Assembly: GCF_006345805.1 (NCBI RefSeq)
Contig: NC_043008.1
Location: 48,298,001-48,362,000 of the forward strand
Origin: Octopus sinensis
Lineage: Eukaryota
DNA length: 64,000 nt
Reading direction: 5' to 3'
In this document: piece by piece, positions 52,178 to 64,000 of the stretch
How the letters are laid out: each line of letters starts with the position of its first letter
Numbering within the stretch: position 1 is the stretch's first letter
Made by a program: the position numbers and the translations under genes
Notes under the pieces: model-generated
What the model saw: only the letters and a program-made list of their open reading frames with translations
Told to the model about the DNA's origin: nothing
Database searches by the model: none

Positions 52178-54186
52178 TCAATTAAAGGCACCCAAGGATC
52201 GGATTGTGATTCTAAACCAAACAGATTATGTTTAATCCTAAAACACATTACTATATGACAAATTTCCCAGATAAGTAATGATCAGGAAGAGTCAGCTAAG
52301 ATAAGTGGACATCACAGAAAAAGCCCATTAATAGAAAAAAAGATTAATTAGGATAATTGTCTCAGTTCATATGTCCTAAACTGTCTCAGTTGAAGCTTTT
52401 CATTCTACACTCATTGTTTTTGTTCTTGTAAAGTAAAACACTAAATTCATCTTCAGCTCCAAAATACCGAAATACAGACAACAAAATTATAAAAGAAAAG
52501 GAAGAACTATGGAACCTGAGGTTGACAATAGAAATTAACAAACTTCAGGTGTTTAGACAAAAGTGTTGCCGGCAGTTGTCTAAATGCATGTGTGGCTCAA
52601 GAATAAGAAGGCATGCAACAAAAGTAATTCCCAAGAGACAACAGAAGTAGGGAATTGTAACTTCAAGAGGCATTAATATTAGTCAAGGTCTAATAGCACT
52701 CGCAGAACATCTGTAACAGAACACTTTGCAAGCGAGCCTTCTTGGGTGCAGGAGGGCGGGGAACATACAGAGTCGGTGTTCTCCGTTTGTGTAGTTGTTT
52801 ACAGTCAGAGGTGAATAAAACATTGTTCTCACTAAAATGAGAACAAGTTTCAAGTTTCTTACAAGACTTCAATCTGATAATAATGACAAAACAGAAGTGG
52901 AGAAAAGAGGAAGAAACTAGTAATGTGATTACCAGATGTGTGTGTGTGTTAAACTTGGCCTTCGTTTAACAGAACATGCCAAAGGAATTGTGTACAGGAT
53001 GTAACAAGAATGAGAAACAAAAGCATAGATAGCATTGCTTAGATTCAATCTTGTTTTTATCTTCAGAAAGTCTGAATCAGTGTAGTATCCTACCATCTTC
53101 AGGTGTTATTTTTTCAAATTCCTCTCTCTCCCTCACACACACACACACACACGCAAGCATATATTTGTTATGGTTAATATTCAAATAGAGAAACAAGAAG
53201 CAAGTTTGCCATTGAAAGCCCAACCCAATCAATACATAATCATTCAGAAGTTACTCAGTTATCCAACTATGATGGATCAATATTTGCTAATCCATTTCAA
53301 GAATTACATAAAATATAAAATCTCTTAACAAAAAATAGCATGAAAGCTTAAAATAGACACCACTGCTCCAGTATGACCAAACTAAAGATTTTGGTGATAA
53401 CCAAGTAACAATTTCTTTAATGAGATGTAAAAAAAATAAAAAAATAGACGTACTCATTTGTTTCATATGGAAATGTAAATAATAAATTCCAACTTTAATC
53501 AATTATTAATAAACCACAGACACAGGAATTCTTCAAACAACTCGGTCATTTCAATAGTAATGTCTGACAACACTAGCGCCACACATACTGATTACCATAA
53601 TAATTACAATAATTTAAAAAGAACCAAATTTGATATTCTATCATTAGAATATTGATGTCATGTATTTGTACAAAAGTTTGATCTTATTTTCTTATTCTAA
53701 GATCAATAAAAGGATGAATATTTTGATTGCTGGAATTACAGAGCAATGCCTTGAATAGATTTCAAGTCCAATCTCATTAGCAATGGACCAATGAAGATGC
53801 TTTCCTGAAGCAGGAGGACAATCCTGGTAACATCCGAATTTGGTTCATGGCAGTTCTACAAATGATAACGTTGCTTTCAGGCCTTCAAAATATTTACCAA
53901 ATTTGTTCCAAGTTATTCCTATACAAAATATGTCCTTATTATTATATTTTCTCACTGTTTGCCATGTAAAACAAAATTCAAAATACATCATAACAAGTTA
54001 TCATTTATAGCTGGTGCTTTCAATTCAGAGGCTAACTTATCAATACCGGCTCTCAAGTTAAACAGTTGTATTTCTGGTTGATGTAATGCTACAGTGATAA
54101 CTTGTTTTGGTTTTCCTCAAATAGTTTACAATCACTAAATACAGAAATGTCAACAAAAAAATGTTCACAACATAAAGTAAACTAAC

Positions 54187-54636
54187 ATTATTTACATTCG
54201 ACGGATATTTGTCCTCATCTTCTTTGTTGTTAACACGTTTCGGCTGATTTACCCTCCAGCTTTCATCAGGTGTCTTGGGGAAATTTCGAACCTGGGTACT
54301 CATTCCTAAGGTATTTTTTAATGTTGTTATTATTATTATTACTATTACTGTTCAGGTCACTGCTTGGAATCAAACTCGGAATCTTGGGGTTAAGAGCGCG
54401 AACTACTAATTCCAAGATTCCGAGTTCAATTCCAAGCAGTGACCTGAATAATTATAATAATAACATTGAAAAATACCTTAGGAATGAGAACCCAGATTCG
54501 AAATTTCCCCAAGACACCAGATGAAGACTGGAGGGTATATCAGCTGAATTTTGTGTTAACAACAAACAAGATGAGGACAGATATCCATCGAATGTAAATA
54601 ATGTACATAATTCCTAATCTCTTAAATATAGAACTG
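54187..54636. mobile_element. Second head-to-head palindromic insertion of the tRNA-head/hammerhead element, 14-bp TSD
   Basis: TSD taaagtaaactaac at 54173-54186 and 54637-54650. The arms diverge from about 54390. Hammerhead motif at 54232-54274 (-; core intact, 3-nt deletion after GAAAC) and a degenerate copy at about 54513-54557 (+). Confidence 0.87.
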
Positions 54637-57600
54637 TAAAGTAAACTAACTTGCAACAAAAATAATTTTTCTGAGTTTTTAAATTATGAACCAAAACAAA
54701 TTTTTTCAATTTTTTTTTTTTTATATCACCTGAAATATGGTGAGTAGAGAAAATAAAAATTTATAAAGAAAAACTAGTGTACAATACCAGAGTTTTATTG
54801 GCTCCTACACTTGCGATGGCCATTTTTGGAAGCTGATAAATATTGATGCTAATGTAGTTGATATATTTCAGTAAAAACCCAACAACCACTGGTTTACAAG
54901 ACAAGAGTCTTTATGTGAGATGACTGATCTAAAGGAAGAAGAAAGTTTCAACAGAAAGCTTCCTGCTTATCAACTTCACCTTTTCCCCACCCCCTAATCT
55001 CCTACACTACATATTTCAATAACGTGCATCAATGAAAGGTTTCTCTGACCCTCATTCTTCTACCAACTTCGGTGTATTTCATAGATCTCTCTCTCTCTTT
55101 CTCACACACACACACACACACACATGCACATTGCTCCTTTTTCTGGCTTAACAATCCAGTCACTGTTGTAACTAACCAAACATTCCTATGCAGAAGACTA
55201 ACACGTAACCAGCATCTAAAAACATATCAAGAAAACAGAGCCCGCAGCTGCTTAGAAGTATCACCCAGCTGAAATCTTCACTTACACAAATGCTACACTT
55301 TACAATATCCAGTTTACCTTTCTTAGAGACCGTTTATTATTGATAACGGTGAGGACTCTCTGAAAGAAAATACACCAGACCTGAAAATGCCTCAACCACA
55401 AACTATAGATATGCACAGCTTGCTCCCACAAACTGCCCATCACTTTCAATAGCAGCAGCAGCAACAACAACAAAATGAATTTCAAAACGTTGTCCATTTG
55501 AAAGACAAATCTTTGTGTGATCAGACTACAACCACTGGCTCAGTGGATGTTCCAGTAAATTCCAGTTTCTCTTCTGCCAATAAATAATTTAAAGGGGTTG
55601 AGTCAACTGATTACTTATTTCAGTTGGTTCTAATTGATTATCTTCCTCCTCCTCTTCCACAAATGTGTGGCTTTCTGCCAACTTAGAAATCGTTATTACA
55701 TTAATGAATTAATGGCTGAGTATTTGAGAGAGAAAGAGAGAGTTAGAGGAGTTTGTTAGAGCATCAGATGAAATGCCAAGCAGAATGTCTTGCAACTCTT
55801 GCCTTCAAATGCAGACACAGCCTGTATGGGTGATAGACTTAATCCACCCCCAGTTTAACAGAACCACCTGGTCTTTTGGATAGCTGTTAGCAGAGGCCAA
55901 GCAGTATCCAAGCCAGCTCCCTGATTTAAGGATACTTTCCTCTCCTCCCCCCATCACTTCCAGAGGCCCAGTAGTAACAGTGGACAATAATCTAAGTGTA
56001 TTATAAAGTCCCACATGGCCCATGGTAGAATGAGATACACAATACCACGGGTATGACATCAATTTATCAAGTGTGCCTGCTCACAGATGCTTTGGTCCCT
56101 ATTTCCCAAGATCTGGGCGAACCACTAAACGCAGAACTGTCCTCAGCAGAAAACAACATCTTCAGTGGATCTGAACTTTCAAACTAAAAGCGAACAACCC
56201 AATACTTTAGTCACATCTGAGATGATGATAGTCTTATCTGCAGTTTCCATCTCATTTTCAAGTGGCCCATGGTTGGATTTCAGCTCAGCACTGACCAATT
56301 ATACAACATCCCTACAGATTAGAGCAAAGAACTAATACTAAAACTTTATGCTACCTATTTACAAAAGCTAAGTGTCTTGCTAGGAAAATGAAAGAAAAGC
56401 ATTATTAGTCACCCACTTCTAGTCACTGCCACCCCATCACCCTGTATTCTACTTCAGCCATGTTTAATGATGATAATAATAATACTCCATGTATGAAAAC
56501 CTTCTGACACCCACTTACATGAAGTAACAAATAGAGAGGAATTTGTTTTAAATGAATTACCAACAGCCAAGAACCAATTAACAATATTTATAATGCAATG
56601 TTCTTTAATAGGTTGCTGTTTTTGTTTGTGATGTTTATCATATTTTATTCTAACTTTCATAAATCTTTATTACATGGCTACAAACTCTACACAAAAGCCG
56701 ATTAACAGTAAAAATAATTGCACACGAGTTTAGGAAGAATTTCAGTTGAACAGTCTATGTTAAAACTTTGACAAAACACGATGAAGAAAGCGTTGTTTGT
56801 TCCACTGTCCTAGTGAAAAACTGAACAGGAAAGCATTCATGGCATACTTTCAAAACAATGGCTTAATCATTTCAAGAATGCACTATTATTATTATTATTA
56901 TTATTACTGTTAAGTAAAAATATTACTGAATGAACACTAACATTCCTCATTACAATCATCATAAATATCACTTGCCATTGGACATTACAAGAGACAGACA
57001 AGGACTTATCTATTTGGGCCTCGTCCAACCAAGTTGAGGGAGGACAGATACTGAGTAGGCATAGACTCACTTGAAATTTACTTTTTTTTTTCTTTTCAAT
57101 CAGACTTTAATGAGAATGAAACTCCTACTTCTATGACATGTTATCCATCTCAATAAGTGTGCACCAAACTTATCAAATGGCTCTTGTTTTTCAAGAAATA
57201 TTTACTATTTACAATAAGCCCTTCTGGCTGGTAAGTCACAAATTACTGGAATTCTAATTCAGTTTCTAAAAGAACCATTTCACAAGCACACACAGGGTAA
57301 ACACTGTTCGTTTTTATCTTCAGCTTCTACTAGTAACTTCAAAAACTAAATGCTTATTTGTATTTGTTTAATTGATAGTTATCTCAAGAATTCCAAACCA
57401 CTTTTTAGTTGGTCTCATCATTAGGCTGGGAAACTGAATAGACCATTGAAAGAAGATAAGAAAATCAACAGTGGAGCCATTGCCGCAATGAAATGTTATT
57501 CAGCTTTATTTTTTATCATGTTCCAATTCCGTGATCCAGCAAACTCAAACTTTAGACATTCCATCAAATCAAAAACTCACAGGCAACAAATCTCAGAAAT

Positions 57601-59163
57601 AACAATTTTTTCAATTTCAATACAACTACTTGCTGCCGGTGAATACAAGACATCACATGTCATAGTTGTAAGTGAGTGTCACTGTCATTTATAGCCAATG
57701 TCCTATGAAAATCTGGGACGGGGGGGGGGACATTACCTTGCTTGGAAACAGGTAAAGGTTGGTGACAGGAAGGGCATCCAACCTTATGTCTCAACAAATT
57801 CCATCTGGTCCATGTTAAGATAATGTTGAGGATTATCAATCATATGGAATAAAACTAACAATGAATAATTAAGAGATTTTCAGTATTTCAAGATCTGTGG
57901 CTAACTTCAGTAAATTATTCCATAGGACAAATTAAAGATTTAACATTATTAATTTCCATATGATTTTGGCATTGTCTTGTACAGAAGACTAGCTCAAAAT
58001 TTAAATAATTTTCTAATATACATGTAAAAATACCTTGTATTGTTTGGGGGGGGGGGCGAGGAGACACAGGATGTTAAGTTGTTTTATGCTTTACTCAAAG
58101 GCATTAGCATTGAGTGCAGTGAAAGAGCAAAATATAACAGGATCAAACCAAAAGAACTGAATTTCTAACATTGACACAAGATCACAAGATTCAAAGAGGA
58201 GGATAAGGGGAGAGTAGTCCCCTACCGGCCTCAGAAGAGTGAAAGGTAAAGTGGATGCTGGAGGGAGAGAGCTTCGTAAATGGACACAACTAAATAACCA
58301 CAAAGCATTTCATCAACAGCTCTGATATTATTTCTACCCACTCTCTGCTGTACAGACTATTTTATAGTTGTCTACAGAACAGGAGTGAAGCTAGATTTAA
58401 AATGCTAAACCAATAAAATAATGATTTGGAATTAATAAGGATTTGAATAAGTAGCAAGCTTTAAGAAAATAAGAACTGAGGTGATGCCCCAGCATGGCCA
58501 CAGTCCAAGATAAAAAATATATACATTTATAACAGGAGTAACAAAGACCCAGTATACTATTTAATAGAAAACAAAAGGTAGAGTGAGCAGCCACAGAGAA
58601 GAGTAAAGACACAGCATGGTGCTGGATCTCCTCAAGATGAAGGTTGTCTCAGAACATCTAATTTCTTTGACTAATGCAACAATCCTAAAGAAAACTAACA
58701 AGCTACTGACCACCCCACAAATCTCACTCTCTCTCTCTCTCTCTCTCTGCATGCATGTGCTTGTTAGACCAGCAAGTTGTAATATATCCTTGAAGAAAAA
58801 CTAATATAGACAGAATGGTCCCAGTGAGAATGCTAAGTGAATTACCCTCAACAATAATACAACTTCTTAAAAGCCATTCTTGTTGTTATAGAAACAAAGT
58901 TCTAAGCATGCAAAAATGATAATGCTGACACAACCATTCCAAATTGGCAGAGAGAGACACAAAGTAAAAAAAAAACATCAAATTTGAAATTATAGCAGAC
59001 TATTCATATAAACAGTGCATCCAGTTAAGAAATGGATCCACAAGAAAGGTCAGCCATAATGAAACCTAAACAAAACAAAGTTAAGGTGGGAGGGAGAAAG
59101 CGACAGACAGACAGACAGACAGAGTTTGCCACACAGAAAATCCATCAATTTGTTTATATCAAA

Positions 59164-59525
59164 TATAACAAGAGCGCAAACCTCTGCCAGGACAACACCA
59201 ATGTCCTCTCAACAATTAGCCAGAGATGATTTTTAAAATGAGAATATCTAAAATAAACTCGACTACTCTCACAAACGGGAATACTAAAATTGAATTGGAC
59301 CGCTCTCAAAAATTAAATAAAACAAAAAACAGAAAAATAATCCAGAATCCTTGTCTGGAACCAGATCAATCCTCAAATCTACTCAGTTCATGCCAGTCAC
59401 AAGGCCAAACATCCTTGAAAGTTTCATCCAAATCCATCCAGCGGTTTTTGTGATATCTTGTCTACAGACAAACAAATAAACATGACTGAAAACAATCCCT
59501 CCACCTTCGTTAAGGCGGAGGCAAT
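59164..59525 (+). mobile_element. Helentron/Helitron2-type non-autonomous element (HINE-like)
   Basis: Starts tataacaagagcgcaaacctctgcc. Ends with the hairpin cctccacctt-cgtt-aaggcggagg. Shares aagtttcatc(c/a)aaat with the 49557-50325 element. Confidence 0.55.
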
Positions 59526-62500
59526 AAATAAACATCTCCAAATCTAAATAGACTCAACTCCGACTGTATAAACTGTTTCCTACTTATCTTTATAAAGTAA
59601 ACCTGCCAATCAGAAAAATATTTATCCATAACAGCAATTCTTTTTATAGGAGAATCCAATACCTCACTCCAAACCAACACCATATTTAGGTAACATCATT
59701 AAGGCTAGTTGGCCATCTAAACAAGCTCAAGAGGAAAAAAAAATAAATAATCTTTGCCTTCAACAAATCTTTATTCCCATGTTCTCAAGGTGCAATTATT
59801 TTACTTTCCTTTACTCCTGGTGGGAGGGGGGCTGGCTCAAGTGTTCAAGGTATACAGAATATATAAGTGAGACCTCTGTCTATATAAATATGCCTTATGT
59901 GTTGCCAAGTATAATAAAAAGTATGTGAGAGCTCTCTATATGTAGAAACATGTTTTATGTACAGTGTAAATATTTGTTAAATTTTATGCGACAGGTACTT
60001 ATTTTACAACTGTGGAAGATTAAATGGAAATGTTAACCTCTACAATATTTGGACTCTGAAAACAAAAGGGACACAGCTAAAGACTACAAAATATTATTGA
60101 CAGCCACTTTACCGATTCCGATAAATATCAGAAACTGAAACAGTGAATGAAAGGTTTCTAACAATGGTCACAGTGACACAAAACCTATTTTATTATATAT
60201 GAGGTTTGATCACTGCATCAAACTAAATTATTTAGTTCAATCAGAGATGACTGATTTATTGATCAAACTACTAAGCTCAATCAATCATTATTATTGAAAG
60301 GACAACAGTTTGATCAATCTTTTATCACAGCCCTATTACAAAACATTAAGTACTGACTGATGAGAATTATCCTTGGTAAACATTAACGAAACTTCTTTTA
60401 TACTCTGAGTAAACTCCAAAATACAAGATAAGTAATAATGGCCTGCGTCACTAATTTATAAAATACTACCAATTAGAGTTCCAGAGCCCGAAATTTAAAA
60501 TTTTCATCCCTCATCGTAACCAAATTTATTGAATTAGTCCATAATGAAGACTTGCCTCAACTTTTAAGTAAACATACCAAATACAATCTATTGCATACAA
60601 CTAATGTTATCAAATTAACAATGGAGCCACTGTATAGTCATTCAACCTGCTTGAAATAACAGCCAACTCACCCTCAAGTCACATTTTACCTTCTAATGAA
60701 AACAAAAAGGCCACATTGACTGATATGGTCCTATATGCTTCAGGAAAGAGAGGGACAGACATGGCTGGAATGCATCTGAACTTAAAGGCTTTCACGGTCA
60801 AAGTTGACCCATGGTTATACAATACCAACAACTAATCCAATGGGATTTAAAACATGGCTAATTCCAAGACACACCAAAACCATTTTCAATATAAAACCAA
60901 CATTGGGGATGAAAATATTTATTCAGTGAATGGTGGGCCCTGGTTGACCTCCCCCAACATAATGAAATATCAAGTTTACTGCCATCACCTTATCTTACAC
61001 ATAACAACAACTGACACAGTTATAGGCCTACTTCAGGGCTGCAGATGTTTTTTAAGGAAAAAAAATCTACAAAATCAGGATACATTTCAAGAAAATATCT
61101 AAAACAAAAACTATCAGCTTCCTTAATAGTTCCTTATTTTTAATTCCATATCAAATAACTATACACTGATAACAAGATACAGGCCTGTTTATTTTAATTG
61201 ACCAATATTTAGAAATTAAAGAAAAAAAAAAAAACTAAGTTAATGATTACAAATAGGCTTCCAGTAGTCAGTTTGCAGAAGAAATGTTCCATGTTGCAAG
61301 ATATTTGAGTCGTAGAGATTCCTATCAACAGACCAAACATAAATAAACTAGCATGGAAAAAAGCCATAAACCAGAACAGGCTAAAAATAAGTTCTTGGAG
61401 TACAATTTTTTAAAGATCTGTGCACCACCACCACCATCTGTTCAAGATTACTAAGGCCAAAACAGAAAATTATGTGTGCTTGAATTTAGGAAATAATTAA
61501 AATTATCGACTTCATTATTATCATTACTGGTGGGTGGGTGAATATTGGAACGGTCAGCACAAGTGAGGAGAAATTTTAAAAAAAAATAAAAGTATTTAAA
61601 AATAAAAAGAGTATTTCTGTTGAGTAATCTGTCATTGCAATGTGTTTGAAAATATAACCTTAAGAAATCAGGAGGTTGATTAGGAAGCAGATATGTTAAG
61701 GGTTTAGGGTCTGGCATATAATCAGCTGTTTACAGGCAGGATACAGCAGCAACATTTCTAGAATGTGAAGGATTCCTGTTTTACAAGAGAGTAGAACCCA
61801 AAATTAGCCACACTATCAACAGATACTGGAGTGATACAGGGAAAAGTTTAAAACAGAACATAATCCTTATGAATTGATTAACTTCACTCACGAAACGATG
61901 GTACAACAAGATGTCCATTCATCTAGTTGACCTCAACAGGGATAAACTAAGGATTTTAATCAAACATGCACAAAAAAAAAACAAGGTCTGGTTTAATAGG
62001 ATTTTTTAATAGAATTTAAAAATGCAAAAGTAATTAGGATTATTTTCCTGCTTGTGAAGATAAGCCAAGATAAACCCAGAACTATTTCATTATCATGTTT
62101 CTTTAAAAATAATTGCCAATATATGGTAAATGACCAAAGTATAGTAGTTGTAGTGAGACAAGAAGGCAAACAAGATATTAATTTATCTAAACAGTATTAG
62201 CAAAAACAAATGTTTCTAACTTAGATTTGCTGATCTGCCTTTAAAAAAACCAGTAGTTATGAAAGGCAGCAACACATGGCCTGGCCCCCACTAACGGAGG
62301 AGGAGGAGGCGGAGGCAGAAGTTAATGGAATTTCCTGTCAGTCACCTAGTTTGACAGGAAAAAACACTGGTTGTTATATACTCAGTGTGCAGCAGCAGCA
62401 GCAGGAGAAATATGAAATAGCACACAAGTCACAACAGTAAAGTGGTGGGGGTTGTGATGAGGGGTGGGTGGCGGCGGAGATGGCAGTCATGCTGGTAACC

Positions 62501-63528
62501 TAAGTGAAGGGCTCACTTAACTACATACCATGTCATTATATCAGTCTCAGACAACTTATTACACTGGCAAGTCACACACACTCACACACACTAAGTATTA
62601 CTAAATCTAAACTGGCAAACAGTGAACCTTTATGTGATTGCTCAACCAACTAGAAATAGCAGCCAAATCTCCTTCATAGTCTATTCTGCCAGTTCAAAAC
62701 GGTTGTGGAAAATAAAGAGGATGGGCCCTGGTGCATCATGGCTGCCCTGAGATTCACTTTTTGCATTAATTTCAGCTGAAATACGACACTGCCTTTGTTT
62801 CAATTAATTTCTAGAAGAAGAAAAAACAACCCCAGTTATTCATCTGGTGTTTGTAAGAGAACATTGAAATTTAATGGAATGCTTTGATGCAGGGCAGTTT
62901 AAAACTAGAAATTTACATCAGAGAACCAGGGGGCAGTCTTGGGTATGATGGTATCAAAAGATTTATACAACGGCCAACGTTGAGCTGTTATTACATTAAG
63001 ACATCTAAGTGATTGCTAGAAACAGCCCATCTATCCCACAACCGACTTCAAAAGAAGGACAATGTACTATGTAGTCATAATTGACTGAAAGAAAAAAATG
63101 TTGGATGGTCACAGCTGAAAAAGCTCTGATCGAGATTGACCCAGGGCTAAACAACCACATCTAATGATTCTGCTCCTTAAAAATATCCCACACTCTTCAG
63201 TGATGCCGTTCACGTTATGGATGATGGATGTAATTAAGGACAAACAAACTTTTTACAAACTTAAAAAATTTCTAGGCTTTTTATATTTTTGGCAAAAATC
63301 CATTCTGCTGTTTTTCTAGAATTGGAAAGTGTTTTTAAAATTTTCAAAAGCATTCCAACCATGACTCTCTCTTCTTTCTGTGTGTTCAAATTTCAACACA
63401 ACTAGAGACAAATCAAAACTTAAATTTAATTTGTGATGAAATGTATTATCATTTAACATCTGCCTCCCTTGCACGTAATGGGTTCTGGAAATACCACACA
63501 ACCAAACCACTAACAAGGGTCATTTTAA

Positions 63529-63729
63529 TCCTTTAGCATTTAAACCAGCCACAACTGGCCAAAATATTCTGTTTTGTGATCAAACTAACCAGATCCGGCC
63601 TCTCACACCAGCCCTATAAAATCATTCTAAAAATTAAGTTACCTCACCAAAATCTCATAGCTAAAAAATAACGCAGGATTAATTCAAAATAAGCATTACT
63701 GTGGAGAGAATAATGTGAATGCCAAAGGG
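63529..63729. mobile_element. piggyBac-like MITE
   Basis: TTAA on both flanks; TIRs tcctttagcatt / aatgccaaaggg. Confidence 0.7.
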
Positions 63730-64000
63730 TTAAGGTATGGTCACCTCGGGTAGTTGCTTGAGGGCCTCACAGATCTAAGGGCCCAACAGTCATAAGAAAA
63801 TGTTGTAACCCTTTACTCAGTGACCTGTATTGCTGTTAAGATGGCTCTGCCACTAATAGAAAACTACCAGGTATTTAGATAACATCACCTGAAAAGACCG
63901 AATATGGTCAAAACAAACGAGCTTGAAAGGAATTCTTCAGAAATTGACATTTTTCTTTTCATTTTATATTGTCTCTATTTGAGGTGAAATCTGAAGGTAC

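Noticed and set aside
57560-57665. Minus-strand ATG...CT|gtgagt segment (MTCDVLYSPAASSCIEIEK...)
   Set aside because: It ends in phase 2, which does not fit the phase 0 kinase exon, and it has no SAM similarity.

Overview
AT-rich, repeat-dense eukaryotic DNA with many microsatellites and SINE/LINE/MITE remnants. The repeat families look like octopus (cephalopod) elements; this species call is from recall, not a search. The one well-supported gene is a minus-strand, multi-exon non-receptor tyrosine kinase of the Ack-like/PR2 (TNK2-related) family. Twelve exons between 46581 and 5782 join in one frame (1839 nt, 613 codons) with GT-AG junctions and encode kinase, SH3, CRIB and part of the C-terminal tail. 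Its N-terminus and 3' end were not confidently found in the window. Two observations stand out. (1) A short retroelement combines a tRNA-like Pol III head with a minimal type I hammerhead ribozyme motif, and it has inserted twice as head-to-head palindromes flanked by target-site duplications (23761-24507 and 54187-54636). (2) The kinase tail carries a Borg/CDC42EP-like CRIB-BH1 motif plus a BH3-like (septin-binding) motif. Most ORFs in the supplied track are microsatellite or repeat artefacts. No CRISPR, rRNA or genuine tRNA genes were seen.
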